Positions 37,035-47,218 of a stretch of DNA of 64,000 nucleotides are shown one piece after another. This DNA comes from Acutalibacteraceae bacterium (GTDB lineage Bacteria; Bacillota; Clostridia; Oscillospirales; Acutalibacteraceae). The DNA lies in assembly GCA_045541505.1 (NCBI GenBank), contig JAZQJF010000003.1:8237-72236 (forward strand), read 5' to 3'. The position numbers and the translations under genes are program-made. Within the stretch, counting starts at the first letter, position 1, and each line of letters starts with the position of its first letter. Under the pieces are notes generated by a model, which did no database searches, had not been told where the DNA came from, and saw nothing but the letters and a program-made list of their open reading frames with translations.

Positions 37035-40000
37035 TTAAAACTTAACCTTGAAGTTTTTGATTTCAAAGGGTTTAGCTGTAAACGAGATTGTGTTGCCGCT
37101 AAATTCAACGGGAACATCATTACGCTCAATCAGATCACACTCTGCAGCATAAGTAATATCAGCAAAGAGTGAAACTGTTGCCTTAGTTGTTCTGCCGGTC
37201 TTTTCAACCATACGAACAATGTAAGCATCCTCTTCTTCACATTTCTTAACTGCTTCAAGAGTTATATTGTCACAGTCAAGGTTGATGAATGAGCCGATCA
37301 TCTCTCCGTCACCCGTAGGTGTTGCGCAAACGAGAGGATTGTTGATTTCAAGACCCATTGTGAGAGTCTTTGCATGTTTCCAGTCATTAGCGTGAGGATA
37401 AAGTGAATATGTGAAGTAATGCTCACCTCTGTCAGAAGTGGGGTCGGGCTTGATGGGAGCTTTAAGAAGAGTGAGAATCATCTTATGCTCGTTAACCTCG
37501 TGACCGTACTTACAGTCGTTAAGAAGGCTTACTCCGTAATCAGTGTCAGACATATCGATCCAGTTATGAGCATTAACCTCAAACTTTGCTTTATCATAAG
37601 GATTATAGCGGTATGAGCTGCATTCCATAGTTGCATAAGCAATGTCTCTTGTGTAATTCTTTGTCTGAAGGTCAACATCGAAGAACACTTTGAGAAGCTT
37701 CTGGTTTTCGTGCCAGCTGATGTGAGTATCAAAGTCAATACGGTCAATTTCATTATAAATAATAATGTTCTGGTGAATTACAGATTTGAGAATTTCTTTC
37801 TCAATAGTAATCATTGTGTAAACATCGCCTGAAACGATTGATTTAACAACGCCGTCTTTAACTTCATATTCACGGTCAACATATGTAGCAACAATATCCC
37901 AAGCATCATAAGCACCGGGCATATCTTCAAAGAGTCTGAAGTCATTACCCTTGCCGCCCTCTGACAATACTTCTCTGTTATTAACCTTGTCATAAATTGA
38001 AACAAGAACAGCTTTATCATCAAGAGTAAGAGCAAAGAAATCGTTTTCAATCTTTGTGCCTGTGCATTCGGTAAGCTTACGCTCTGCCTTTGCAGGAGCC
38101 TTATAGTAAACCTTATAGCCTACTGCGGGAACATCCTTGGCAACAAAGAGAAGCTTTTTATCGCCGTTGGGCTTTGTATAAGCCTGAACATCAACAGGGT
38201 TTCCGTTTTCATCAAAGATATCAACATCCTGATAATCAAGCTCAACCTTTGAAGTTGAAGCAACTGCAAGTGAATTGAAGAGAACAAACGGTGTGCCTAT
38301 AGAAGCATCAAAGCCGATCTTCTTGCTGATAACTGCAAGAGCATCAGCGCGAACTTTTTCACCTGTTGCGATAACTTCATCATAAATGCCCATCAATTTG
38401 CCGAAAACTTCAGTAATATGAGTGCCGGGCAATGAATCGTGGAACTGGTTTGTGAGAATCTTTTTCCAACCAGCTTCAAGCTCAAGGCGAGGATATTCGT
38501 AACCGTACTGCTCTGCAATTGTTGCATACATCTCAGCCTGACGGTAGAGATTTTCACAGTATCTGTTAGCCTTTTTAAGAGCTGCTTTTGTTGTGTGGAC
38601 GCCGCGATGCTCTTCAAGATAAAGCTCATCTTTCCAGGTAACAACCTTATCACCTGCTTTGATAGCCTTCTGTTTCATACTCTCAAGAGAATCTTCGATC
38701 TTGCAGGCTCTTGTTTCGGGAAGACCGGGGAAGTTTTTATAACGCTTAACGTATTCAAGCATTTCAGCGTCAACACCGCCGCCACCGTCACCCCAGCCGT
38801 AGCAATACATTGACTCACCGATTGTATCTTTATCGGTGTATTTAATCCAGTTTGTTTTAAGTGAATCGGGTTCCATTGAACCGATGAAATGTGTGGGAGG
38901 TACAGCTGCAAATACTTTTGAGCCGTCGGGACCTTCCCACCAGAAAGAGTTATAAAGCCAGGGGTTGGTATCGTTCCAGATACCCATTTATGAGTAACGA
39001 AATATTCCATACCTGCTTTTTTCATAATCTGGGGCATACAGTAGCTGTTACCGAAAACGTCAGGCAACCAGCAGGTTTTGGGAGTTACGCCAAACCATTT
39101 TTCTGCGTAGCGCACACCGTGAAGGAACTGACGGACAAAGGATTCACCTGAAATAATGTTACAGTCAGGCTCTACCCACATACCGCCGATATATTCCCAT
39201 CTGCCCTCTTTAACTCTCTGCTGAACCTGCTCAAAGAGGTTTGGATAGTGGATACGCATTTCTTCATACATACCTGCCTGGCTCTGTGAGAAGATAAAGT
39301 CATCGTACTGCTCCATAAGGCGAAGCATTGTAGCGTGAGTACGGCCGACCTTACGGACGAACTCTTTATAAGCCCACATATAAACCATATCAAGATGTGA
39401 GTTACCGATAAGGTCAAGCTGACCCATGCATTTATAGTTGGGGTTATTATAAACTCTGTCGTGAAGAACTTTTTTACACATTCTGAGTTTTGCCTTGAAT
39501 ACCTCAAAATCAGGCTCATCAAAGTCAACATACTGGAATGCTTCTTTAAGAGACTCACGGATAAGAGTGCCGTAGTCATTATTCATACCGGGGATGAAAA
39601 GAGCATTGAATACGGCCTTCAGATCCCAGTAAATGTCGCTGATTTCATCATCAGTTGTAGCGATGAATGAGCATTCAAGCTTTTTGAGAGTGCTTTCGTT
39701 TGAATGCCATACAAAATATGACTCAACGTCAATATCAAACTCCTCGCCTGCTTTTGCACATTCGGTAAGAGTAACGGCGTTACGGAAGGGGTCAAGACCC
39801 TGATAAGGAACACCGTTAACAGAAACAAGTGAGTCACCGCCGAAGTAAATGTAGAGAGTAACTCTCTGACCTGCGAACTTCTCGGGGATAACAATTTTGT
39901 TTTTAAAGAAAGCACTAAGGCCGTTACCGCCCCAGTAGTCACCTACCTTAAGCTCTTTCCAGCCGTCGTAAAGATATTCATACTCACCGATTTCTTTATA

Positions 40001-40201
40001 AATGCACTCTCGCATCTGCCATGAGCCTGTGTTTTCAAAGTCGGTGTAAATTCTCTTTTTCAGTGTTTTTAATTTAATCTCGGCGAGTTCATCAAAAGCA
40101 AAAATACCTCTCTGCTTGTTTTTGATAATGTCACGCCAGGTGTCAATATGAGCGTCCATACCTTCGGTTGAAGGAACAGTCTTTTTCTCGTTCTCTGACA
40201 T
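37035..40201 (-). pseudogene. GH38 alpha-mannosidase interrupted by a single frameshift (or an assembly homopolymer error)
   Basis: The N-terminal ORF (start ATG 40201, AAGGAG RBS) is GH38-like up to ...GMEYFVTHK and then becomes meaningless. The frame starting at 38987 continues with GIWNDTNPW..FWWEGPDGS, the expected GH38 sequence. The junction is the A3 run at 38987-38989 (read on the minus strand). Confidence 0.85.
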
Positions 40202-40242
40202 AATTTCAACTCCTTTTAGATTTATTGAAAACAAATCAATTT

Positions 40243-40271
40243 ATTATATCATTCATTATTTTCATTTTCAA
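40243..40271 (-). promoter_or_regulatory. sigma-A type promoter of the GH38 gene (TTGAAA, 17 nt spacer, TATAAT)
   Basis: The hexamers were read on the minus strand, about 40 nt upstream of the start. Confidence 0.5.
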
Positions 40272-40290
40272 CAGTAAAAGCAAATTTTGT

Positions 40291-40320
40291 TAAATAAAAA
40301 GCCATCGGATAACCGATGGC
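40291..40320 (-). terminator. Rho-independent terminator of the mini-gene
   Basis: GCCATCGG pairs with CCGATGGC, followed by TTTTTATTT on the minus strand. Confidence 0.7.
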
Positions 40321-40339
40321 AGTTAAAGTATGCTTTAAC

Positions 40340-40414
40340 TTATGAAAAAAGATACTCAAAAATGTACATTGGAAGATAGAAAAGGTCTGAAAGAATTGCC
40401 AAAATTGATAACAT
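40340..40414 (-). CDS. 24-aa hydrophobic peptide (MLSILAILSDLFYLPMYIFEYLFS), unannotated small ORF
   Basis: AAAGGAGA lies 7 nt upstream of the ATG, with its own putative promoter upstream and its own terminator 20 nt downstream. The ORF is below the size cut-off of the ORF track. Confidence 0.45.
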   Translation of the reverse strand: MLSILAILSDLFYLPMYIFEYLFS

Positions 40415-40443
40415 AGCTGTTTCTCCTTTCTTTTGTTGAATTA

Positions 40444-40472
40444 ATTATACCACAAAACTTAACATATTTCTA
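40444..40472 (-). promoter_or_regulatory. possible promoter of the mini-gene (TAGAAA, 17 nt spacer, TGgTATAAT)
   Basis: An extended -10 box was read on the minus strand; the -35 box matches consensus at 4 of 6 positions. Confidence 0.4.
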
Positions 40473-40573
40473 CACAAAAAAGAAAATAAAAAACACTGCT
40501 ACCTGTCGTTTAAATAATACTTGACGGTTTATCCTGCAGCGTGGTAAACTTGTGACATAAAGGAGGTGGCGAA

Positions 40574-41689
40574 GTGAAAAAAATTTTGTTTTTTTCTGAA
40601 TCCCTGAATGGCGGCGGAGCAGAAGCTGCTTTGGTAAGAATTGTGGAGCTTCTTGCTGATAAATACGATATCACCGTTGTTACCCAGACTGACGGTGAAA
40701 AATACACTGATTATATCAAATCACTTTGCACACATAAATCCTTTACAAAAAAAAGCAATTCAGATTCACTTAACAGTTTTATCATTAAGAGCTTTCTGTC
40801 TCTTCCCCCGGCTTTGGTTTGCCAAACCTACCTTCACGGTAACTATGATATAGAGGTTGCTTGCTGTGAGGGATATTCTGCAAAAATAATTGCTGCATCT
40901 AAAAGAAAAAGCATCAAAATTGCCTATATACACACAGATTTCATTAATAACCCATGGAGCTCCTCTGTTTATAAAGGCGGGGAAGCGGAAGAAAAGGAGT
41001 GTTATTCCAGGTTTGATAAAATCATATGTGTATCTGAAACCATACGTCAATCTTTTGTGAAAAAATACGGTATGGCCGAAAAAACACAAGTTATTTATAA
41101 CCTTATTGATGATAGAAAAATCAAAGAGCTGAGCGAAAAACCTGCAACGTTAAATATTTCAAAAAGGCCGTCATTTATTCTCGTCGGCAACTATCTTCAG
41201 GTAAAAGGCTATGAGCGTCTGATGTCGGTTGCTCACAGACTCAAAAACCACGGTTATGAATTTTCTTTCACAATTATAGGCAGACCTGAAGAAAGATACA
41301 AAATCGAAGCTTTAAGAAACAAGTTCTCTCTTGGCGATTATATAAATCTGATGGGTTTTGAAAACAACCCCTACAAATATATGAAACAGGCTGACTGCTA
41401 CATCTGTTCCTCTTATGCTGAGGGTTACAGTACCGCTGTTTGCGAAGCCGTTATATGCGGATTACCGATAATAACCACTGACTGTTCGGGAATGAGTGAA
41501 ATTTTCGGAAATCACGAAATCGGTATAATTTGTGAAAATAATGAGGATGGATTGTATGAAGCGATTAAAAAGGTACTCGACACCCCTGAATTATTAAAGC
41601 AATACAGACAGGCTTCTTTAATCAGGGCTAACGATTTCAGTTATAAAACAAGAGCCGAGGAAATTGAAAAATACTATAATAAGCTATAA
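40574..41689 (+). CDS. GT4-family (group 1) glycosyltransferase
   Basis: A GTG start lies 7 nt after AAAGGAGG. The N-terminus has GGAE, and a C-terminal EGYSTAVCEA..GLP segment matches the E-x7-E type motif. Confidence 0.85.
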   Translation: MKKILFFSESLNGGGAEAALVRIVELLADKYDITVVTQTDGEKYTDYIKSLCTHKSFTKKSNSDSLNSFIIKSFLSLPPALVCQTYLHGNYDIEVACCEGYSAKIIAASKRKSIKIAYIHTDFINNPWSSSVYKGGEAEEKECYSRFDKIICVSETIRQSFVKKYGMAEKTQVIYNLIDDRKIKELSEKPATLNISKRPSFILVGNYLQVKGYERLMSVAHRLKNHGYEFSFTIIGRPEERYKIEALRNKFSLGDYINLMGFENNPYKYMKQADCYICSSYAEGYSTAVCEAVICGLPIITTDCSGMSEIFGNHEIGIICENNEDGLYEAIKKVLDTPELLKQYRQASLIRANDFSYKTRAEEIEKYYNKL

Positions 41690-41717
41690 AACCGACGGAA
41701 ATCCGTCGGTTTTTGGT

Positions 41718-42554
41718 TTAATTTATGTTTTTCTTTTTAAATGCAAAGATACCTGCGAAGGTGGAAACCGCAGACAAGCTGATTGCCATAGGAATGATGT
41801 TGAATTTCACCGCGTCTCCTTGATAGATCAACTCATACATAGAGTCAACTTCATAATAAAAGCTGTCTCTGACAGCGAACAACTGACAAACAGGTAAAAA
41901 ATCTTCTATAAACACATAAGCTTTCAGTTCCGCTGTGGTTAATCCGTAGTAATATATCGGATTTTCTGAAAAATTCACCAATTCAACTTCGCTCCAGATA
42001 ATATACATTACAGCAACTACTGCGAAGCAAACAACCAAAGAAACCACTTCGTTTTTTATGTTCATAGAAATTGCAGTAAAAATACAGCAAAAAGACATTA
42101 ACGGAAGCAAAGAATAAAGGTAACCCTTCAGAATTTCCGTTCCCGAAAATGCAAAATCATATTTCAGGGCTTTTGCCATTAAATAAACAACAGCCATATA
42201 AATTGCCACGAGAACAGCGCACACGATAAACACCGTTATAAGGTTGGAAAAATAGACACTTTCACGCCTTAAACCTCGTGTAATTTTGTTTCTTAAGGTG
42301 TTGTGGCGGTAGCCTTTGCCGATATAGAAAGATGAAAAAACAGCACTTACAAAGATGAGATAACCACCGCAGTAACCAAAAAGCTCCATATCTGCAAAAG
42401 GCATCCAATACGGATCATAACCATCTGAATAACAGGAGTATGAAAAAAGATATTGAAACTCCATAAAAAGTGCTATTACCATCAGACCAAGAATTATTTT
42501 TAAGCATAAATCTCTTTTTAGTGTTTTGAAATTTAAAACAAATAGGTTACGCAT
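41718..42554 (-). CDS. ABC-2 type exporter permease
   Basis: The ATG at 42554 overlaps the ATPase stop (AATGCGTAA) and follows a GGTGGTGA RBS. There are about 6 TM segments. Confidence 0.75.
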   Translation of the reverse strand: MRNLFVLNFKTLKRDLCLKIILGLMVIALFMEFQYLFSYSCYSDGYDPYWMPFADMELFGYCGGYLIFVSAVFSSFYIGKGYRHNTLRNKITRGLRRESVYFSNLITVFIVCAVLVAIYMAVVYLMAKALKYDFAFSGTEILKGYLYSLLPLMSFCCIFTAISMNIKNEVVSLVVCFAVVAVMYIIWSEVELVNFSENPIYYYGLTTAELKAYVFIEDFLPVCQLFAVRDSFYYEVDSMYELIYQGDAVKFNIIPMAISLSAVSTFAGIFAFKKKNIN

Positions 42555-43464
42555 TAATTTCACCACCCACAAGATTTATATAATAATTTTCAAGGCTTTC
42601 GTTGTTTTCTGTGACTGAAATAACATCACAGCCCTCTTTATCAAGAGTAACCGCAACGTCAACGAGACGTACATCGCCAAAAACATCTACCTGATTTTCT
42701 GAAATAAGCTTATAATCCAGCTCAAGCTGCTTTGCCACACGTTCAAATACTTCAATGTCGCTGAGCTTATATCTCGTGCATTTCTTGCCGTACGAATTAA
42801 GTTCTTCGGCAGTAATTTCTTTAACCATTCTTCCGCTGTCCATAAACCCGTAATGAGTGGCAACCCTTGCAAGCTCGTCAAGAATATGGCTTGATATAAT
42901 AAAAGTTATCTGCTTTTCTCGGTTGAGTTTCAGAATCAGCTCACGAATCTGTATTATTCCCTGTGGGTCAATTCCGTTGGCAGGCTCATCGAGAATCACA
43001 AGCTCAGGCTCCCCTGCCAGAGCCATAGCAATACCCAGACGCTGACGCATTCCCAAAGAAAAAGCTTTTGCTTTTTTTTCTGAAGACGTATCAAGACCGA
43101 CAGAAGATAAGAGATCGTCGATAGTGCTGTAATCAGAAAGTCCTATTATGTTATATTGAACAACCAGATTCTCGCGGGCTGTCAGATCAAGATCAATGGC
43201 GGGTGATTCTGCCATAACGCCGACTTTCTTACGGATTTTTCTTACCGCCTCCGGTTTTACGCTATCAACACCCAAAAGAGTATATCCGCCCTTTGAAGCC
43301 TGTTGTAAACCGCTGACGATACGGATAAGAGTTGTTTTGCCCGCACCGTTTCTGCCCACAAGGCCATAAATAGCACCTTTCGGCACATTCATGGAAAGAT
43401 ACCTCAGAGCAGGGTTTGTTTTATAAAACTTGACCATATCTTTTATCGAAAGAATACATTCCAT
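42547..43464 (-). CDS. ABC transporter ATP-binding protein
   Basis: Walker A is GRNGAGKTT, the ABC signature is LSLGMRQR-like (FSLGMRQRLG), and Walker B is LVILDEP. Confidence 0.9.
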   Translation of the reverse strand: MECILSIKDMVKFYKTNPALRYLSMNVPKGAIYGLVGRNGAGKTTLIRIVSGLQQASKGGYTLLGVDSVKPEAVRKIRKKVGVMAESPAIDLDLTARENLVVQYNIIGLSDYSTIDDLLSSVGLDTSSEKKAKAFSLGMRQRLGIAMALAGEPELVILDEPANGIDPQGIIQIRELILKLNREKQITFIISSHILDELARVATHYGFMDSGRMVKEITAEELNSYGKKCTRYKLSDIEVFERVAKQLELDYKLISENQVDVFGDVRLVDVAVTLDKEGCDVISVTENNESLENYYINLVGGEINA

Positions 43465-43543
43465 AATTGTCCCTCCCTATTAAATGATAAATGATTTAAC
43501 TAAACTTGTTGTTAAGAGAAAATAAAGATCTTGTTAAGAATTA

Positions 43544-43876
43544 TTATATCTCCTTATACACTTTAAGAATTTCTTCCATATCAGGCGTGTCAACTTCAGA
43601 ATCCTTCCAATACCACCAGTGGAGCTTTTTAGGGTCAGCTGTGTGTACGGTAGCATAGTATATCGCACACCTGAAACCGTAGAGAATTGATTTTTCTATA
43701 ACCTCTCCCCTTTTTATACTGAGCTCATAATACATTTCTTCAGCATCTCTGCCGTTTAACTGAGACACTGTTTCAAAGCCCAATTCCGAAAGAGCTTCAC
43801 AACACTCGGGTTCAATACCGGGAATTTGTGAGATTATTTCTGTTTTTGACGATTTTTTCTTTCTTGAGAAAAGCAT
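43544..43876 (-). CDS. helix-hairpin-helix domain protein (Cdd1 'pathogenicity locus'-like)
   Basis: The IPGIEPECCEALSELGFETVSQL segment is HhH-like. I chose the ATG at 43876 (GGAG 9 nt upstream); 43882 is an alternative start. Confidence 0.6.
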   Translation of the reverse strand: MLFSRKKKSSKTEIISQIPGIEPECCEALSELGFETVSQLNGRDAEEMYYELSIKRGEVIEKSILYGFRCAIYYATVHTADPKKLHWWYWKDSEVDTPDMEEILKVYKEI

Positions 43877-43970
43877 TTTCATTAACTCCGTATCTTGACG
43901 ATTGTCTTAGTTTCATTTAAAATATTGTATCATATTTATTTTTAATTTCAATATAGCCGAGGTATTATCT

Positions 43971-44639
43971 ATGAGAATGAGAAGAAAAAAGAATCTTGAT
44001 AAACGTCTGTCAGAATGCGGTAATGTTTTTGAGATTTATACAGAAGACCGAAACTTTAATGAAGCGGTCAAAGAAAAGGAATATTTTGACTTTGAGAAGA
44101 TTTTTGGAAACAGTAATCCTATTGTGCTTGAAATCGGTTGCGGCAAAGGTCAGTTTGCATGTGAATGGGCAAAAGCGCATCCGGATATGAATGTTATAGC
44201 AGTTGAAAAATTCGGGAATGTTATTGTTCAGGCTTGTGAAAAAGCTGAAGAAATGGGACTTAAGAATCTTTTCTTTGTTAAAGGAAATGCAGAATATCTG
44301 CCACGATATATCCCTGACGGGGTTATCGAAAGGATTTTTCTGAATTTCTCATGTCCGTTCCCTAAAAACAGACACGAGGTTCACCGATTAACTCATAAAA
44401 GATTTCTTGATATTTATAAGCTTCTTTTATCAAAAAACGGCGAAATCCATCAAAAAACCGATAATATGAAGCTTTTTGAGTTTTCAATTCAGTCATTTTC
44501 AGAAAACGGTTTTGCTCTTAAAAACGTTTCCCTTGACCTGCATAACAGCAATTTTGAGAATAATATTGTCACTGAATACGAGCACAGATTTTCTTCAATG
44601 GGTATGCCTATTTACAGACTTGAAGCATATATAAAATAA
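43971..44639 (+). CDS. trmB: tRNA (guanine-N7)-methyltransferase
   Basis: LEIGCGKGQF is the SAM-binding motif. The size and the N-terminal MRMRRKK are typical of TrmB. Confidence 0.9.
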   Translation: MRMRRKKNLDKRLSECGNVFEIYTEDRNFNEAVKEKEYFDFEKIFGNSNPIVLEIGCGKGQFACEWAKAHPDMNVIAVEKFGNVIVQACEKAEEMGLKNLFFVKGNAEYLPRYIPDGVIERIFLNFSCPFPKNRHEVHRLTHKRFLDIYKLLLSKNGEIHQKTDNMKLFEFSIQSFSENGFALKNVSLDLHNSNFENNIVTEYEHRFSSMGMPIYRLEAYIK

Positions 44640-44734
44640 TTTAAACTTTTTTCTCAAAAACTATTTATTATTTTGTATTTATATGATAGAATAACCCTAT
44701 TGTGAAGTATTATGTTCAAAAGGAGTGAATCGTT

Positions 44735-45973
44735 ATGTATATAGCTATTATGGGTTACGGCACTGTAGGTTCAGGTGTTGCCGAAGTTATATCAAACAAT
44801 CACGACAGCATTGCTAAAAAAAGCTCACAGACTGAGCTTGAGGTTAAATATATTCTCGACCTTAGAGATTTTCCGGGCGATGTTAACGAAAATAAAATGA
44901 TTAAGGATTTCAACATTATCCTTAACGACCCCGAAGTGAGAATTGTTGTTGAAACTATGGGCGGTCTGCGCCCTGCTTATGATTTTGTTTCTTCTTGCCT
45001 TAAAGCAGGTAAAAGTGTTGTTACATCCAACAAAGAGCTTGTTGCCGCAAAAGGTGATGAATTGCTTAAAATTGCTGAAGAAATGAATGTTAACTTTTTA
45101 TTTGAAGCAAGTGTCGGCGGCGGTATTCCTGTTATACGTCCTATCAGCCAGTGCCTTGCTGCAAACAGAATCGACGAAATCGCAGGTATTCTCAACGGCA
45201 CAACAAACTTCATTTTAACAATGATGATTGACAAAAACATGAGCTTTGAGGATGCTTTGAAACTCGCTCAGGATAACGGCTACGCTGAAAAAGACCCTAC
45301 AGCTGACGTTGAGGGTCACGATGCCTGCCGTAAAATATGCATTCTTGCCGCTCTTTGCTTCGGCAAACACGTTTATCCCGATGCAGTTTACACTGATGGA
45401 ATTACAAAAATCACACTTACCGACGTTGAATATGTACGCTCTTGGGGCGGTGTTATCAAGCTCATCGGCAGAGCTAAGAGACTTGATAACGGCAAAATTT
45501 CTGCTGTTGTCAGCCCTGCCCTCGTCAAAAACGGCAGCCAGCTCGCAAGCGTTAATGATGTTTTCAACGCTGTTCTTGTAAGAGGCGATGCAACAGGAGA
45601 CGTTGTTTTTTACGGTAAAGGTGCAGGTAAGCTCCCCACTGCCTCTGCTGTTGTTGCCGATGTTATGGATTGCGCCAGAAATATAGACAAGCGCAAGGCT
45701 TTTGGTTGGGAAAGCGGAACTGACAACTATGTTGTTGATTATAATGAAATTGAAACTGCTTTTTATGTAAGAACAAAGACTGAAAACAAAGCTCAGGCTA
45801 TTGAAGCATTAAATAATGCTTTCGGCTCTATTGAAATTCTTTCAAAAGAAAATGCAGATGCCGACGAACTTGCATTTGTAACACCTTCGGGTATTGAAAA
45901 AGAGCTTAATTCAAAGCTTGAAAGTGTTGACAGCATCAGCGTTCTTTCAAAAATCAGATTAGTAGATTATTGA
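44735..45973 (+). CDS. hom: homoserine dehydrogenase
   Basis: The N-terminus GYGTVGSGV is a Rossmann motif. NKELVA and FEASVGGGIP motifs are present, and the C-terminus has an ACT-like domain. Confidence 0.9.
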   Translation: MYIAIMGYGTVGSGVAEVISNNHDSIAKKSSQTELEVKYILDLRDFPGDVNENKMIKDFNIILNDPEVRIVVETMGGLRPAYDFVSSCLKAGKSVVTSNKELVAAKGDELLKIAEEMNVNFLFEASVGGGIPVIRPISQCLAANRIDEIAGILNGTTNFILTMMIDKNMSFEDALKLAQDNGYAEKDPTADVEGHDACRKICILAALCFGKHVYPDAVYTDGITKITLTDVEYVRSWGGVIKLIGRAKRLDNGKISAVVSPALVKNGSQLASVNDVFNAVLVRGDATGDVVFYGKGAGKLPTASAVVADVMDCARNIDKRKAFGWESGTDNYVVDYNEIETAFYVRTKTENKAQAIEALNNAFGSIEILSKENADADELAFVTPSGIEKELNSKLESVDSISVLSKIRLVDY

Positions 45974-45995
45974 TAATAGTAGGTGAATTAAAGTT

Positions 45996-47204
45996 ATGGG
46001 TCTTATTGTTCAGAAATTCGGCGGCAGCTCTGTTGCCAACGCCGAGCGCGTTATGAATGTTGCTAAAATTGTTACAGACACTTACAAACAGGGCAACGAT
46101 GTGGTAGTTGTTGTTTCAGCTCAGGGCGATACTACAGACGACCTTATTGCTAAAGCAAAAGAAATCAACGTAAATGCTACAAAAAGAGAAATGGATATGC
46201 TCCTTGCAAGCGGCGAGCAGATTTCAATTTCACTTCTCGCTATGGCTATTCAGTCATTAGGTTTCCCCGTTATTTCTCTTCTTGGCTGGCAGGCAGGTTT
46301 TTCAACAAACTCTGTTTACTCCGCAGCAAGAATCAAGAAAGTGTCTACTGACCGTCTTAAGATGGAACTCGGCAACAAAAAAATTGTTGTTGTTGCAGGT
46401 TTCCAGGGTCTTAATGATAAGGAAGATATTACTACTCTCGGCAGAGGCGGTTCAGACACAAGCGCTGTTGCTATTGCTTCAGCTCTTAATGCTGACAAAT
46501 GTCAGATTTTTACAGACGTTGACGGTGTTTACACCGCTGACCCCAGAAAAGTTAAAAACGCCAGAAGGCTTAACGAAATCACTTATGACGAAATGCTTGA
46601 GCTCGCAACTCTCGGCGCTCAGGTTCTTAACAATCGTTCAGTTGAAATGGCTAAAAAATATAATGTTGAGCTTGAAGTTATTTCAAGCCTTAATCCTATT
46701 CCAGGCACAATAGTCAAGGAGGTTGCTAAAATGGAAAAAATGCTCGTTAGAGGTGTTACTAAAGACACCGATGTTGCCCGTATCTCAATAGTAGGTCTTA
46801 CAGATGTTCCCGGTATTGCTTTCAAAATCTTCTCAAAGCTTGCCGCTAAGGATATCAATGTTGATATTATTCTTCAGTCAGTCGGCAGAAACAACACAAA
46901 AGATATTGCTTTCACAGTTTCTAAAGACAACGCTCCCATTGCTATTGAAGCTTTACGCTCACTCCCCTTCGTTGACGAAGATCTTCCCATTGAGTGTGAC
47001 ACTGACGTTGCTAAGGTTTCTGTTGTTGGCGCAGGTATGGAAACACACCCCGGCACAGCTTCAAAAATGTTTGAGGCTCTCTACAACAATGACATCAACA
47101 TCCAGATGATTTCTACAAGTGAAATCAAAATTTCTGTTCTTATCGATGCTAAAGATGCTGACAAGGCTGTTATTGCTGTTCACGATGCATTTTTAGGCGC
47201 ATAA
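45996..47204 (+). CDS. lysC: aspartate kinase
   Basis: VQKFGGSSV, GRGGSDTSA and DVDGVYTADPR motifs are present, with tandem ACT domains at the C-terminus. Confidence 0.9.
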   Translation: MGLIVQKFGGSSVANAERVMNVAKIVTDTYKQGNDVVVVVSAQGDTTDDLIAKAKEINVNATKREMDMLLASGEQISISLLAMAIQSLGFPVISLLGWQAGFSTNSVYSAARIKKVSTDRLKMELGNKKIVVVAGFQGLNDKEDITTLGRGGSDTSAVAIASALNADKCQIFTDVDGVYTADPRKVKNARRLNEITYDEMLELATLGAQVLNNRSVEMAKKYNVELEVISSLNPIPGTIVKEVAKMEKMLVRGVTKDTDVARISIVGLTDVPGIAFKIFSKLAAKDINVDIILQSVGRNNTKDIAFTVSKDNAPIAIEALRSLPFVDEDLPIECDTDVAKVSVVGAGMETHPGTASKMFEALYNNDINIQMISTSEIKISVLIDAKDADKAVIAVHDAFLGA

Positions 47205-47218
47205 AGGATGTAAAATTT

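Noticed and set aside
38675-38984. C-terminal ~100 codons of ORF 38675-40234
   Set aside because: This is out-of-frame read-through after the GH38 frameshift. The translation has no GH38 similarity, while the overlapping frame does.
44640-45995. Lysine riboswitch or other leader upstream of hom and lysC
   Set aside because: The intergenic spaces are only 95 nt and 22 nt, too short for an L-box. No conserved riboswitch core was recognised.
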